From the NCBI GenBank assembly GCA_964035545.1, contig OZ037765.1, positions 7,574,698-7,638,697 of the forward strand: 64,000 nucleotides of DNA. The letters run 5' to 3'. Positions 12,601-26,600 of this stretch are shown piece by piece (the stretch's first letter is position 1; the number at the start of each line of letters is the position of its first letter). The translations under genes and the position numbers were made by a program. The stretch comes from Bugula neritina (Eukaryota; Animalia; Bryozoa). A model generated the notes under the pieces. It made no database searches. It worked only from the letters and a program-made list of their open reading frames with translations, and was not told the origin of the DNA.

Positions 12601-15600
12601 ATGCTGCTTATTACACTTCACTGAACACTCTGTCAGCTATGCCGTGCCTATTATTTTCTACTACTCGGTATGAGAGCAGGCTTATTCATGCTTATTCATG
12701 CTTATTCATGCTTATTGACTAAATTCTCTGTTGTTGAATGTCACCGACGAATTTATAGATTCCTAATGATATTCTGAGAGAGCTGAAAAACATGAAACAA
12801 ATTAGAAAAATTTAAAACTTTAGTCGATTACCCAACACAGTCTGTTTCATGAAATTAATTGAGTTTTTTAATGCATAATTTACTTAATATTTTTTGGTTA
12901 TCAACAGTTTATTGATGAAGTAGTGTCATCTAATTGTTGTTTATGTAGAAACTTACAGTTTACTCCTAATCAGTTGGACAACTCCCCATTTATATATACA
13001 ATGGTTATTCTAGCTGGTGGTTCTTTAAAAGATAAGAAATGTTGACAATAACTCATGTTAGCTCTAAATGCAGCTGCAATAATATAATTTGTTTAATTAA
13101 CTAAATAAATATTATTTTGCTATTATACTAGTTTATGTCCAACTATAACTACCAGATGGCTCTATTAACCTTTTAATGACTTTGGCTGTGAATTTAAAGT
13201 TGCCACTATCCACTGTTTTTAGGCAAAGCTTTTGCTTACAAATAATTGAGGCTGCCTTTTTGATGAACGTAAGTTTTAAGCCAAGAAGTTTAAAACTGCA
13301 ATTCATTTTGTTGCAGCCTTGACCTTGGGTAAAAAGCCTGTAGTGTATGTTGAGAAAGGACAGGAGCTGAGGCTTCAGTGCAATTCAACATTCTCTGAAG
13401 ACCCCCCTCCAGGTTTTGCAAACGTTCCTCCAGAAGTAGAATGGTTCAAGGTTGGAGACTATATTACAATAATATTTTAGCTGGTTTTTTAAATCTTCCC
13501 ACTGTACTCTTTGCATGAGTACGAGGGTTCCGCATAGCAATTAACTCAATAACATGTAGCTTAATTTTTTATTCAAATAATATTTGCATATATTACATAA
13601 CTCCACACTATAACTGGCCAAATCTACTTTAAAATGTCATTTTCTTCAACTTCACTTTATATTGCTAACTGCATGGTACGGAAATGTATGTTACCTAATG
13701 AACACTCTGTTTATACATTGCCAATGCTATTCTAAATGCTTACGACACAACAGTCATTCCAGCTTCACATTTCTAAATATAGATCATACAGTCATCTTGT
13801 CCTGAGTACTTGCTTGTTAAATATTAATGAGAGTATCAAGTATTTTACAATAATCATTTGGTAGTAAGAGTTGTAAGCACTAACATATCGCCTTCCCACA
13901 TCCTGTTTGTGACCACCAAGTAGCTGTTCAGTTTAAGTTGATCCTTAATCAGCCAACTTCCCTTTCTTTGTTGCTTGAGATTTATCGATTCAACCATTTA
14001 ATAAAAAATATTTCACATGTACATATTTCTTGAATAGATATTGTGATTGTGTAAGCTGTTATTATATTCAAAGAAAGCTTAGTCAATTAGGATATGTTTA
14101 GGAATAATTAACTTATTCAAGTATGTTACAATACATTAAACTTAAATTAAATTATAAGCTGATTCATTTTTTGATGCACAGAGTTTGTTCTACTCTGAAT
14201 ATTTCGTCAGCCCACACTTTAGTAGGGGAGATATTTTTTTCGTTTTTATATCCATGGACAGGGGATTGCAACTCAAAATCAAGTGTATATCTACATAATA
14301 ATTTCAGCTCAACTGTTTAACAACATTCAAGCACGTGTCAAATTTAACAGCTAGTTAAATGCATATAAATAAACCTAAATTGAAAACAATTTTATTAGCA
14401 ATTTCCTAACAGAGATAGAACTATTATAATGGCATTATAGCTATTGTATATAGTCCAGATAGAATCTGTATTGTTCCATATGACAATCTGCCTTTTTTAC
14501 TGCTCTAAATAACTTTGTACAAAATGAAATATATTTATTAATATTTTAATAAAATAGCTTTATATAATAACATCATGTATATTTATATAATATTCCTATA
14601 ATCAAAACTTGAATAATAAATATTCTATACATGCTGTATATACATCCTACTGAGCATGTGTTTAGGGTGATGGGCAGCACATAGACTCCAATAGCCTGAA
14701 CAATGTTGTTGTTACCAACAAAATCTACGGGAAGATGAGATTATCCACCCTGATAATAGAGAAGAGTGTGATGGAAGATGCCGGAACATATATCTGCCGA
14801 AACACGGAGATGGCGTATGATGAAGTCACAGTTAGAATTCTCAATGGTAAGTCTTAATATTATAATGTAATATTATTTTATCTTACATATAATGTTACAT
14901 ATATATTACTTATATATTACATATATATATTGCAAATATCTTACATATATTTTACACATATCTTTCAGCTTATGTTGATCTTATGTAAACCTTACTAAAC
15001 TAGTTTTATAGAAAGTCTGGAGTTTATAATTTATATTAATTATAGTTATTGTGTTTTTATGAAATAATTGCTAGCCTCATAATATATGCATAGTAATGTT
15101 AGATATTTGGTTCTATTAATACGAGACAGTACTCTGAGAAAATGCTTAATATATTGGAGATGTAGTGGTAAAAATTAAAGACATTACAACAAAAAACATG
15201 TGACATCCATTTCACTATAGAGCAACTGCCTTTGTTAATAACAACTATAAACTTATATTTTTCATTCCATATCTTAATTTTATATCACGTATTTAATACA
15301 TTTGTAGTTGAGGTTGACAAAAAGAATAAAAGAAGAGGTAAATATGGAATTGTATGATTGTTTGCTTGTATTTTAATAAACAATAAGTTTGATCAAAACA
15401 TATTCTGGCTAACAGCTGTTGGTATTTATTTTGCCCTCTCTCACTAGCTAAGACTCACTGGGTGGATACTTTATTGTTCCCCAATCAGTCCTCAAGTGAT
15501 TCTCATTAAATAGTTCATTAGACATCATATGCATATCCTGCCATTAATTAATAGAATATGACATTGTTCATATGCCATGCTTTGATATCTCCACACTTGT

Positions 15601-15967
15601 ATCTTACCTTCACTCAAAAAGGAAAAAACACATGTTGTTTAAGTTTGATCCAGTTAATTATATTAATTAATGATCAATAGCAACATTAAAGCAGTAGCAA
15701 TAATTACTTTATTCAAATGACATGTGTTTTTTATGCAAGCAAGTGTAAATTAGAAAAGCATGAACTTTGAATACTGTTTCACATATGGTATAAATTTTGA
15801 GTAGCCTAATTTCCACTTGATGTATCAACTATTTTGTAGGCACTGCTAGTAAGGCACCCCCAAGACTAAGCCAGTATACGAAAGAAAACAACTCTTCAAG
15901 TATATCTTTAACTTCTTTAGTTCTATTGCTATTTAGTCAGATAATCGTACAGGCAAACTTAACATGA
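6629..15967 (+). CDS. Dpr (defective proboscis extension response)/ZIG-8-like two-Ig-domain, GPI-anchored cell-surface protein, 8 exons, 293 aa
   Basis: Exons 6629-6686, 7716-7831, 10199-10409, 11905-11928, 13317-13450, 14666-14846, 15308-15337, 15840-15967. All are GT-AG and phase-compatible, 882 nt in total. Signal peptide MFKGVKFVLVITLITVGETA. Ig1 FNESTPQNVTLYQGETARLLCHVYNLQNKKVTW...LTVSTFSFLSDRSIRIEH...EWNLIIEKVQRNDTGIYQCKVAT shows the Dpr pattern. Ig2 VYVEKGQELRLQC...VEWFK...STLIIEKSVMEDAGTYIC. C-terminal NNSSSISLTSLVLLLFSQIIVQANLT* looks like a GPI signal. Confidence 0.88.
8130..8278. repeat. Degenerate (GACT)n tetranucleotide repeat
   Basis: Array of tgactgactagttgattgact-like units in intron 2 of the Dpr-like gene. 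Confidence 0.8.
12680..12716. repeat. 10-bp tandem repeat (gcttattcat) x3.7
   Basis: gcttattcat gcttattcat gcttattcat gcttatt read directly. Confidence 0.9.
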
Positions 15968-17294
15968 TTATAATTTCATTATTTTTAATTTACCTACAGC
16001 TAGTCATCTTGCCAACTTTAATATCTACCACACTCACAATATTTCATAATTATTATTATTGTTATTATTATAACTATTATTAGTGTATATATGTATGTAA
16101 ATTCTTTATTATTAATTAAGCTTTATGTTATGAATTTTTGTGTTCTCTACACATAAATTATATTTTGTGCAAACTTGTTTATAATTTTTTTACGATATTC
16201 TCTGCAGTCTACACTTATAGTAGCTATTCAATACCATGCATACCACAAAGTTTATTATTGCTATAATAGAATTCATCAAACTGCTTGTGATATGATAAAA
16301 AGAGTGAGAGCATGCTATAGCATATATATCCACTGTACAATCTCATTTTATAATAACCAATTATCTTGTAATAATTTGCTTTAGCGGTTTTTACTTATTG
16401 TATTTTTATTTTTTAAATGCTATACTTTGTTATACTATAGCCTACTCTACTTTTTTATGTTATCCAATATATGATTATTCTACAAATAAAAATAAACTAA
16501 TTATTTTGGTATAGAATTGGAAGGTGTAATACTTTGTTTACAATATTATAATTGTAATATTATTAATTTTGTATGCTTTTAAAACATAAAAATAAAGAGG
16601 CATATTAATTGAGCTGTTGAAACAGCTGACAAAAAGAGAATCATTGTTCAAATCTTATGGAGCTGAAATTTTATGAATTTAGTAAATGATTTACAAAATG
16701 CTTGAGCATGAAAATTATTAAGCTTTGTTATCTATCCAAATAAAATAATATCCTGCTGCAATGCTTGCAAATGTGTAGGAATTTCAATATAAATCAAGTT
16801 TTTAACAAAGCATAGGTGATAAATTATATTTGTGAAGGGATATCTATTATCAGCATATTTTTAGTCATAAAACTTGCATAGAATTATAGATTTTGCATCA
16901 GGTAAATTTCATTAAAACCGAATTAGTAATGAGTGTTTATTAATAAAATATTATATTATTATTACTATACATCTTCAACATAACGAAATGGCTTGCATGC
17001 TTTAATATCTTCTTATAGAGTTGCTTGATCTTAAATGACAAATAAATAATATATATTTCTAATGCATAATTTGGATCGTGGCTAAGCAACACTTTTGTAG
17101 AACTTTTCGAATCATTCATTTCTAATTTCACCACAAAATAGAATGGAGTCTCAACATTCCTTAATTGGCAATACCTACTGTACGCAAGGAACCCAAAAGC
17201 TCGGGTAAGCAACTTCCAGCAAGCTTTTTTTACTTATATTAATAAGTGTACATGTTTTTACACAGGAGCAATTATAATCAGGTGCTCTTTCTTG

Positions 17295-17370
17295 TATGGC
17301 GGGAAATCAAACTTATACCTAGTGCATGCATACTGGGCCAGTGCTTTAACCACTAAACCTTGACTGCTCT
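17295..17370 (-). mobile_element. Degenerate tRNA-derived SINE head
   Basis: The minus strand has an A-box-like ggtttagtggttaaagcac and a B-box-like agtttgatttccc at tRNA-like spacing. No intact cloverleaf. Confidence 0.45.
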
Positions 17371-17671
17371 ATTTGCTTTTGCTATTATTGGAAAAGTTCT
17401 CCACTTTTGGGTATCTTATACTCTGAAGCCTTATAGGTCATAACGTATAACGCATTTAATATTAGGTTATGTAGGCAGTTTAGTTTTGCAGATATGTTTT
17501 ACTACACAGTGACTTGGCCATCATCATACATTATTTAGCATGGAAAGCAGGAAGACTAGCTACTATAGAGTTATCTTACCATGTAAAGTCACCACGATAG
17601 CTAAATTGTTCTGAAATATAATATATTTATTTGCTCTTTCATCTGCTTTGAAGAGCTCAATGTTTTAAAAC

Positions 17672-20600
17672 ATGGCTATGTTCACAGAAACTGCTAGGTG
17701 GGCGTCAATAAAAGCAATAATTTAATAATTCATATTTTCTATTTGAGATGTCTTTGTTATAATGTTCAACTATAAATAGTTTTATTTATTATTTTAATTA
17801 TGTAAGTAACTAAAATTTGAAAAGCTAAGTTATTTAAATATTTGTTTTGATAATGGTAATGCCAAGCCCAATGCCCAACCCAAGTCCAATGACTATCACT
17901 ATGACTATGAGTATGAGTGAATGGCAATCACAATGTCAATGTGATACAAAATGGTAGCGTAATCTAATCATAATGATATTGATAATCATAATGATATTAA
18001 TAATTGTAGTGATAATCAACTTAAAGTTAATCATTATCATAATTTCGATGTAATAATTAATATTTATATTATGATTATCATTGAAATTCAAATTATGATT
18101 ATAATTATACTGCACTGTCAATGTCATTAATATTAGTAATAATTATACTAATTATAATACTAATAATAGTATCATTGATGCTATGATTATCAATCTGAAT
18201 ATCATAGTGATAGCGATTTATTGACGTTATAATGATTATGATAATCTAAATCATGTTGTCATTGTTATTCATTTTCTCAGTTACTCAAGAAAGTTAATAC
18301 AATAATTATATTAGCCAAAAAATTTCTTGAAAACAATACAAGTGAGAACACTCAATTTTTTATGGTATTGAAATAATTTTATTAACTTATCAAATTATTT
18401 TTTTTGTGTTCATCCCAAAAATTTTCCTGCTAGTTTCAATGGTTATTAGTATCAATGATTATTGATCTGAACTCTAAATCGTTTTGCTAGTAACAGTATA
18501 TGGCTTAAATTTTGAAATAAAGTATGTTTGTGCCAATGACATTATTTTGATTTATCTGAATTAGAATTATGTTATTGTTACTTTAAGTTGTGCAGGAAAC
18601 ATAGCAAAGTAGTTATTTTTTGTAGCTCAAGAAAAGTTTCGATTACAGGCCCTTTCTAGTCCTATCAGTTATTCATGTTAAATTTGAACATCACATAATC
18701 TCGTACTTTTTATTTTCCAGCTTGAAAGGAGCAGTAGCACTTATTCAAACCATATCCGTAAACAAGTTACAGCTAGTTCTCAAGAGGCTAGTAGAAAATT
18801 TTCACACTCAGGTTTGTTTTCATTTTGATTGCTCACTGGTTGGTTATTCACTAAATTTATTTTTCTAATGACCATCTGTTTCCTATCCATCTTATAACAT
18901 AGTGTTTAGAATAATGTTTGATTTAGGTAGTATAACTCTACACGAATCATTCTCTAGTGACACTTGCATTCTACCAAATATTTTTACTATGTGAAGTTAT
19001 CTACCCAAAACTTATGAATGTTGCACCAGAAGCATCAATTTCAAACTTATAAAAATATTGAATCTAAGCTAAGTTCAAAAGTATTAAAATTAAAGTTTAG
19101 AAATGAACAAAATTGTATTATAACATAAATACTAGCTCTGGAATATTGGGTATTGATTTTGCATTTTTGTGGAATAAATTTGTAATAAAATTTATTTACC
19201 CAACTAATTATTAAGGTCTGGCCTCACGCTCATGAGAATCACACGAAATCGTCTATTTGACACGAAAACACAAACGTACGAACAAGTTTGAGGGAATTCA
19301 AATGAAATCGTTTTCGTTGAGTGCACCCAACGAAGGTGATGGACGAAAAATCGCGATTAACGATAAGCACCAATTGATTGGTCAATAGAATTTTAGCAAC
19401 AGTGATTATTTCATTTCTACCACGTTTCTCTGTTTGCCAATTTTCTGCTGTTTGTATCTCGCGCAAGACTCATTCAGGGAATATTTATTATGTGTTTCGT
19501 CCGTGTGGCTGGTCATAACGAGAGGATAACTCACGGAAATTGTCACACGAGTTTCGTGTGATTTTCACAAGTGTGAGGCCAGGCCTTTATGCACAATTTT
19601 AGAACTAGGTCTTTTTAAACACTAATAAAAGTAAAGCTTCAATATTATGTTTACCAATTTTATGACACAAGTTATTAACCTAACCAATAACCATAATAGC
19701 TAACTAATTCATGTGGTAAGCATAGGCCACACAACACGATTTACCCGCCCGGTCCGTGCTAGAAAACCCGTTTAGCCTAAAAATGGGAAGTGGTGTGAGG
19801 ATTTTCATGCGGATAACATGCTGAGCGGCAAGTGCAGAAAGCTCATGCTGGTTTTATTTAATTAGCACATTATCATTTAGCGAGCACACTTTTTTTATTT
19901 CAGTGAACTGAATTAAAACAGTTTCGTATAGTTTGCATTTCCGCTTTTATAATATGTAAAGTTACTTTGCCGATGACATAGTTTTAAAAACAAGTGTCTG
20001 CAGGCGAGCAGTAAAGTTAAACTCTAAGATCATTAGCTAATAAATTTCCACACTTGCAACACACTCATTGTGTGTGGCAGGTTGCTCCTAAGACGGGTTT
20101 TCCCGCAATTTAGACCCGCGCAGGGAATCCCTTACGCTAATTCTGTGAATTGCGAGATTGAACTGTGAAATAAATTTTATTATGACCGGTTGCTGTCACC
20201 ATTCTCTATCAAGCCTGGCTGCCATTTTAATCTAGCTGCTTCTACTTCCAATATCTATTGTTGACACTAAAATATCTATTTTTAGGATGAAGCAGCATTT
20301 AGTGAAGAAGAACTTAACAAACTTTGCAGTTCGTTTAAAATGGCCAAAGAAGATGTTGATTTAGTGCTCACAACATGCAAATTCTTTCTGTCGCAGGTGA
20401 AATGTTGTTACTGTATGTAATGATGTGAAATCAATATTATTGCTAACTTCCTAATGATTATGTTACATAATTATCTTAAGCCTATAAGAAGAGCTTGGTC
20501 AAGTCGCAGCCTCAAGTCAAATCTGTGACTTACCGAATCAAGTCATGAAAATTTGTATTGAGTCAATTTGAATTGACATCTCATCAATACATTGTATATA

Positions 20601-23600
20601 ACTTCCTACTTTTATTAATTCCACAAAGCATTTTGAATAGACATGATATATACAAAGGTTTGAAATACTTGATCTTGCTTGTCCATTTTCACTTTGAATA
20701 ACTATAATGAAATTGTAATTAATATGTACACTTCGGAGTTGTCTTATTATAAACTGATGAGTAAAATGCAACTATATAGTAGTAAATGATTAACTGGACT
20801 AAACATGGCTAAGTTTTGAAGTCAACTTCAGAATGTTTAGTTTTATGAGCTATATAGTTATATGTATTGTAAACCCCACTAATAAAACTATTGGAACAAC
20901 TTTTAGCAGAGGACAATTCATATTGTAAAACACTTTAAATTATGAAAAAGGAATGTTAACCAAGCTATTCAAGGTGTTTCATATTCTGTTCTATACTTAT
21001 ACTATGTGTTACGTACATATTTAGGCTGCGTACCATAACAGCAAGCCTGGTGCATTTGCCAAGCACTTGGCTAGTATAGGGATGGACCAAGACAGATGTA
21101 TGGTTTTCCATGAGGTGTGGGATGAGAGTGGGAAATCTATAAACTCTCTACTCAGACAAAAATCTATGGCTGTAAATCAGGTACTAGTGTTTAAAGTTGT
21201 ATATTTTTCAAAATTTTTGTTTATTTGTACTGTATTTAACATACAGCATAATTTTGAAACCTCATTGTTTAAATTACTGGGCAACCAATAATTATAGAAT
21301 TGAAACAAACATTCATATAAGCCCAAATAAAATTATAATAACTCTTGTCTTAAGTTAAAACTCTTCTATCCAACATAATCATCAAATCCCAGGATCTATT
21401 TTGCTTCTATATTGGGATTTAGTAAAATTCCAGCAAGTATTAGGAAATAGAAGTTTCTAGAAAAGAATTTGCTAAAGATGAATTTGAAGACAGTTATGAC
21501 ACTCTACAAAACATTGTTGTAATTATATAAACTTTGCTAAGCTGGTTGACACCTGCCTCTTACTGTAACTCATAAATCAACTATAAATGGCATTTGTGTT
21601 TTATTATAAGCAACACTGCATTGCTAAAATCTGCTTTCCTCATGCCAGGAAATCTTATCAGATGTACACTAAATTTAGCAGCTTACTAGTGTTCCAATGT
21701 TGTATGGTATTGTTAAAGCTGTTCAAATACATAAATACACCTGCATACACAAAAAGTCGTATAAGTATACTGTTGGTTGGCCCCAAATATAGACCTTTAT
21801 GGTCTCAAAACTTTGCTAGAAGCAATTTCGGTGTTATCATAGTCACTTTGTTTAGTCACCCGCTCATTCTATTTCAAAGATGTTGATAGTAATTACTAAG
21901 TAGTCATTATAATAAAATGAGGAACACACAGTTATTATTTGGGAAGTTATTTCCAAACCTCGTGATATTATTGAACTGTTGACCCTTGTTTTTTCATTCT
22001 GCTAAATATCTTCTCTTGCTCAATTCTTGCTCATCTTACATCACTTGCCATTGCTTGGCCATTCATGAGATAATTGCTATCTAACATACCAACAAGTAGG
22101 CTTTAGCATTTCAACAGCATTTTAGCAGGGTTTTGGTACTAATTTTTTATTACTGTTTTTTGGTATTCAGTATTTTTTATTATGACTTGCTTCAATACCA
22201 GAAGCTTTGTGTACATTGAGGTTATGTGGCAATAGTACATAAAAACAAGTCAATATCAAGTACATAGAAACAAGTAAACAGCAAGTACATAAACTACTAA
22301 TTTGCCAGCAATACCACAAAAACTTTCTCAATATTGACAGAGATGGTAGAGAAGATATTTAAAACAAATACCAAAACACCTGGGGACAGGCCAACTACCA
22401 GCTCTTCACTACTAACAACCATTTACTATTATTCCATGCTTACAACCATTCAATTTCTTTTAACTCAGTTTTTTCCACCAATTAATCAAATCACCAATGC
22501 CAAATATTGCGTTAACAATGCTAAGTATGTCAGTATTACCACCAAAATTTTAATTCAAAATTGTTGGCAATCAATATAGTAGTCATTAAGATATAGTGGC
22601 TAATAAACTACACTACTATAATCTACTTAAACTACTGTTGCTGTCTTCATCTAGGGACATCACTTGCCATGACATCTCTTATAGTTTGGAATTGTTCACC
22701 TTTCACCGCCATGTCCTGATCAGGTGATGGGTTCTTATAGTTTGGAAATGCCATGTAAATAATCCAGAGTAGATCAACTTTCATGTGGTAGTTGAATTAC
22801 TTGAACGAAGATATGATTGACCTTTGGAATAAGTGCATGCTTTATAAATACACCTTTAAGGCAATATTGATGTAATCATGAGTTTGTTACGTAAAAGAAA
22901 GAGCTTTTTTGTACTCCCTTAACAAAAGACTTATACATGTTTGACTTCTGTGTTTCCAAGGTTATTCTAAGTGTTGTGCAATGCTTTTAAATGAAACACA
23001 GTCTTTGTACAGCCTTTTTGGAGGGAAATTAGCTGTGCTCAACGACAAAAGGTCTTATATAAAAGATGTTCACTTTTTACAAATAAAGACAAACTAAATA
23101 ATGATATCAAAACATGCTTTATTAAAAATTAGATTAAAGAGTAGTCACATTATGGTGAGTCCAGACAACTGCAGGTCTAGTGTCTAAGTAAAAGTTTCAT
23201 ATGCTTTATGTTCATTAACCATATTTACAAATTTACTTTATGCAAAAATACTGGAGATAATCCATAGTTGGAGTCTAAAGTTGAAAGTGAGCATGTCTTA
23301 GGCTTATTATCCCAAATCCCAATCAAATTTCAGAATTGACTGAATTTATCTCATAGTTTAGACTTCAACTAGCAATTTCTAATATTCAAAGTTAAATCTG
23401 CCCTATAAAATATTCATAAATTATCCCTAGAATAATTGAAATGGTCTATAACTGTTTTTATTAGCATAATAATTACGTCTAACCCTTGTTTGCCATCACA
23501 CAGGTGGCTAGTCAGCTTTTCAACTAGTAAGTTAGTTACTTATAATGTATCAAGTTTCATCATGAGCAATGAATTTCGTAATTTCAATGGAAACAACTTT

Positions 23601-26600
23601 CACTCACTTGCAACATAATAGTAAAATGTTGAAATTTTGTCACCAAATACGTAATGGCAAGTAAGAAAGTAAAATTAATGTAACAAGTTAATAAGTGATA
23701 AAATTATATTTGTTGTATGTTGAGACTTGCTTGTAGCTGGAAACCGTTAACTGGCAGCTCAGCCTTCAGATTGCTCAGAAATCTAAAACTAAACAGAAAA
23801 CGCCCCGCGCTGTCTTTGAACTGGGAATAAAGGACAGCAGCAAACAGGTAACAGTTGCCCTCATTTTTACATCTGTGCTATAGCACTAGATAGCCTGCTA
23901 TACTATACACTACATAGTATAGCATACACTATAGTCTATACTATATAGCATAGCATACACTATAGTCTATACTATATAGTATAGCATATACTATAGTCTA
24001 TACTATATATACTATATGGTATACTATATAGTATATTTTGTATTGTGCTAAATGCTATACTATAATATACTGTACTAAATTATACTCTACCATATAGTAT
24101 ATAGTAGAGTATATAGTATAGTGTAGTATGTATGGTATAGTATATAGCATAGTAAATAGCATACTATACTATATACTATACTAAACTATATTATATACTA
24201 TATTTATACTTGGCTAATTGTACTTTACCAGGGGTGGGTAACTGGGGGCCCAAGGGTCACCTATGGCCCTTTGCCCATTTTTCAGTGGCCCTTTTAATGC
24301 TTAAAAGAAGTACAAACTGTCACTGTTATTCTGATTAGTACAGGTTAGGTGGCAAATTACTTTATTATGATAAAATTCATCATGTGTAAAATCATGTGTC
24401 TTTTCGTATTGGCTGACTTCTGGACTTGGCGCTGGAGCAAAAGAAGTTGCCCACCCCTGTACTATACTATGCTATTCTATATACCATACTGTCCTATACT
24501 ATGCTATTCTATATACTATGCTATATTATACTATGCTATACTATATACTATATGCTATTCAATATTTTATAGTCTATACCATGCTATTCTATATACTATG
24601 CTATATTATGCTATGCTATACTCTATGGCCTATGCTATGCTATGCTATGCTATACTATCCTATGCTATAGGCTACTATACTATGCTATACTATATACCAT
24701 GTTACAGTTACAATCAATGCTTGACCTCTGTAATAATGATACTATTTCTTTCACCACACAGATAAGTATCACTGTATCATCTTTCCACCTCATACTAAAC
24801 TATTATATCTCCAGAACTATAAACTTTACATTGACTCCAGTTTCAAAATCTATGAATGCTAAAAGAATTACAAATATTTATCTTCAACTAACCTTTTCAT
24901 AAGCAAAGGGATAAACTTTCATTATAACATGCAATTTTTTATAACTGGTGACACAATGCACTGTTGCGACATAACTACATCTTATATTGTATCCTTTAAA
25001 GAGATAACTGGCTATGAATTGTATAAATCACTTCAAAACAACACCCAAAACTTATAAAAACTGTTTATACAAATATGTATTACATACTTCCATCAAATCG
25101 TAAAAAGTGTGGACTTTAGAGCATTGCTTGCATATCTAGGAAGAGTTTCACTCAATCAATTTGATAAATCACTTGAACATTAATATAGTGTGCTAAAAAC
25201 AATAACTGGTGCGTCTTTATTCAGACAATTGTTTCCAGTATTTGCAAAGATTCTTTAGCTACTTGAAAATTGACAAATTCCTGAACTAATGGGTTTTCTT
25301 GAGAGTAAACCAGTGAGCATTGTGGAACTCCTTAGTCTCCTATCATAGCCCTGGGCTGGTCTACTGTTTGTAATGTGGTCATCGTCAGAATTTAGTTGGA
25401 CACATTTCGTTTTGGGCACAGAGTGGCTTATGCACATTTTCTAGATATATGTATGGCAGATATATAGATATATGATTAGATATTAATGTTTATGGTGATA
25501 CTAATATGGTTATAATACATTTTTTGTCAGATTATATTGGCATGATCCCAAGAATATTATTACTAAATGTATTTTCAGGAAATAAATTTGCTAATGCTGC
25601 CAATGTTGAGGCATAACTCAATTATGCTATTTTCAGTATTTACATGTTATATCTATATATTTTATGTTTGAATAACCTGTAAATATATCAAAATTGGCCA
25701 AAAAATAATATTTTGTTGGCATCTGTAGATACCGATGTGAAATATGAGTGGGTACCACTGCCTTATTGTAATGAGGAACTTATTTTTTTCTGTTTGTTAT
25801 TGTTACATTATGTTGGTAATTATTGTGTCAAATTCCTCACATTGAATTTGGAAACACACATATCGTATTATGATACAACTTTTTCCCTTATGAACATTTA
25901 CGAAAAATTGCTATTTGACTAATGGTAGTCAAGTTACTACCAGCAGGAAAACAAGCTGAATGCCAAGTTTAAATGTTTTTTTTATAAATAATAAAATAGT
26001 TTTGACTTTTATATTCATGTGGTAATTGCTTTTAGTAACATAATATTACCAACTTGAGGTAAAAAATTTAAAACATGTCAGTTTTTGAGATAAAGGAAGA
26101 ACATTATAAACTTCATTACCCAAATACAAAAGTTTGATTAAAGATAATAAAAAACCTGTTTTAATATAAAATTTTTCCATAAGTGGTGATCACTTTGACT
26201 GGAAACTTTTTCGTTGATGTAATCAGTGAGACGAATGAATCTAGATTCTTAAAGCCGAGCAGCCAAAGTGTTGGTATATCAGAAACTTTGTTCCCTGAGT
26301 ATTGAAATGCTATTGATTATATGTTTTTTTTGTTCAACTAACCTGGCTGCCTTCTTTTTCCAAAGTTTTCTAATAAAGTTCTTAGTCAGTTTACTCTAAG
26401 CATTGAATTCAAGTTTTAACTTGGTTAACAGTAGATTAAAGTCCCCTTCCATTTTCTTTTTGAAAGGATATTTATTTACCTGTTCGTTTGTTAAATTCTT
26501 GTGTTCTGTCTAAATAAATATGCAGGTGAAATTTGCCCCTCTAGCAATAATTTCATGTTGATGTTCCACATGAAAGGCTAGCCTCCTCCTTCAAAGGCCA

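Noticed and set aside
24349-24902. Tyr-rich ORFs of 138 aa and 86 aa
   Set aside because: They are translations of a pentanucleotide microsatellite and MITE inside COMMD10 intron 5.
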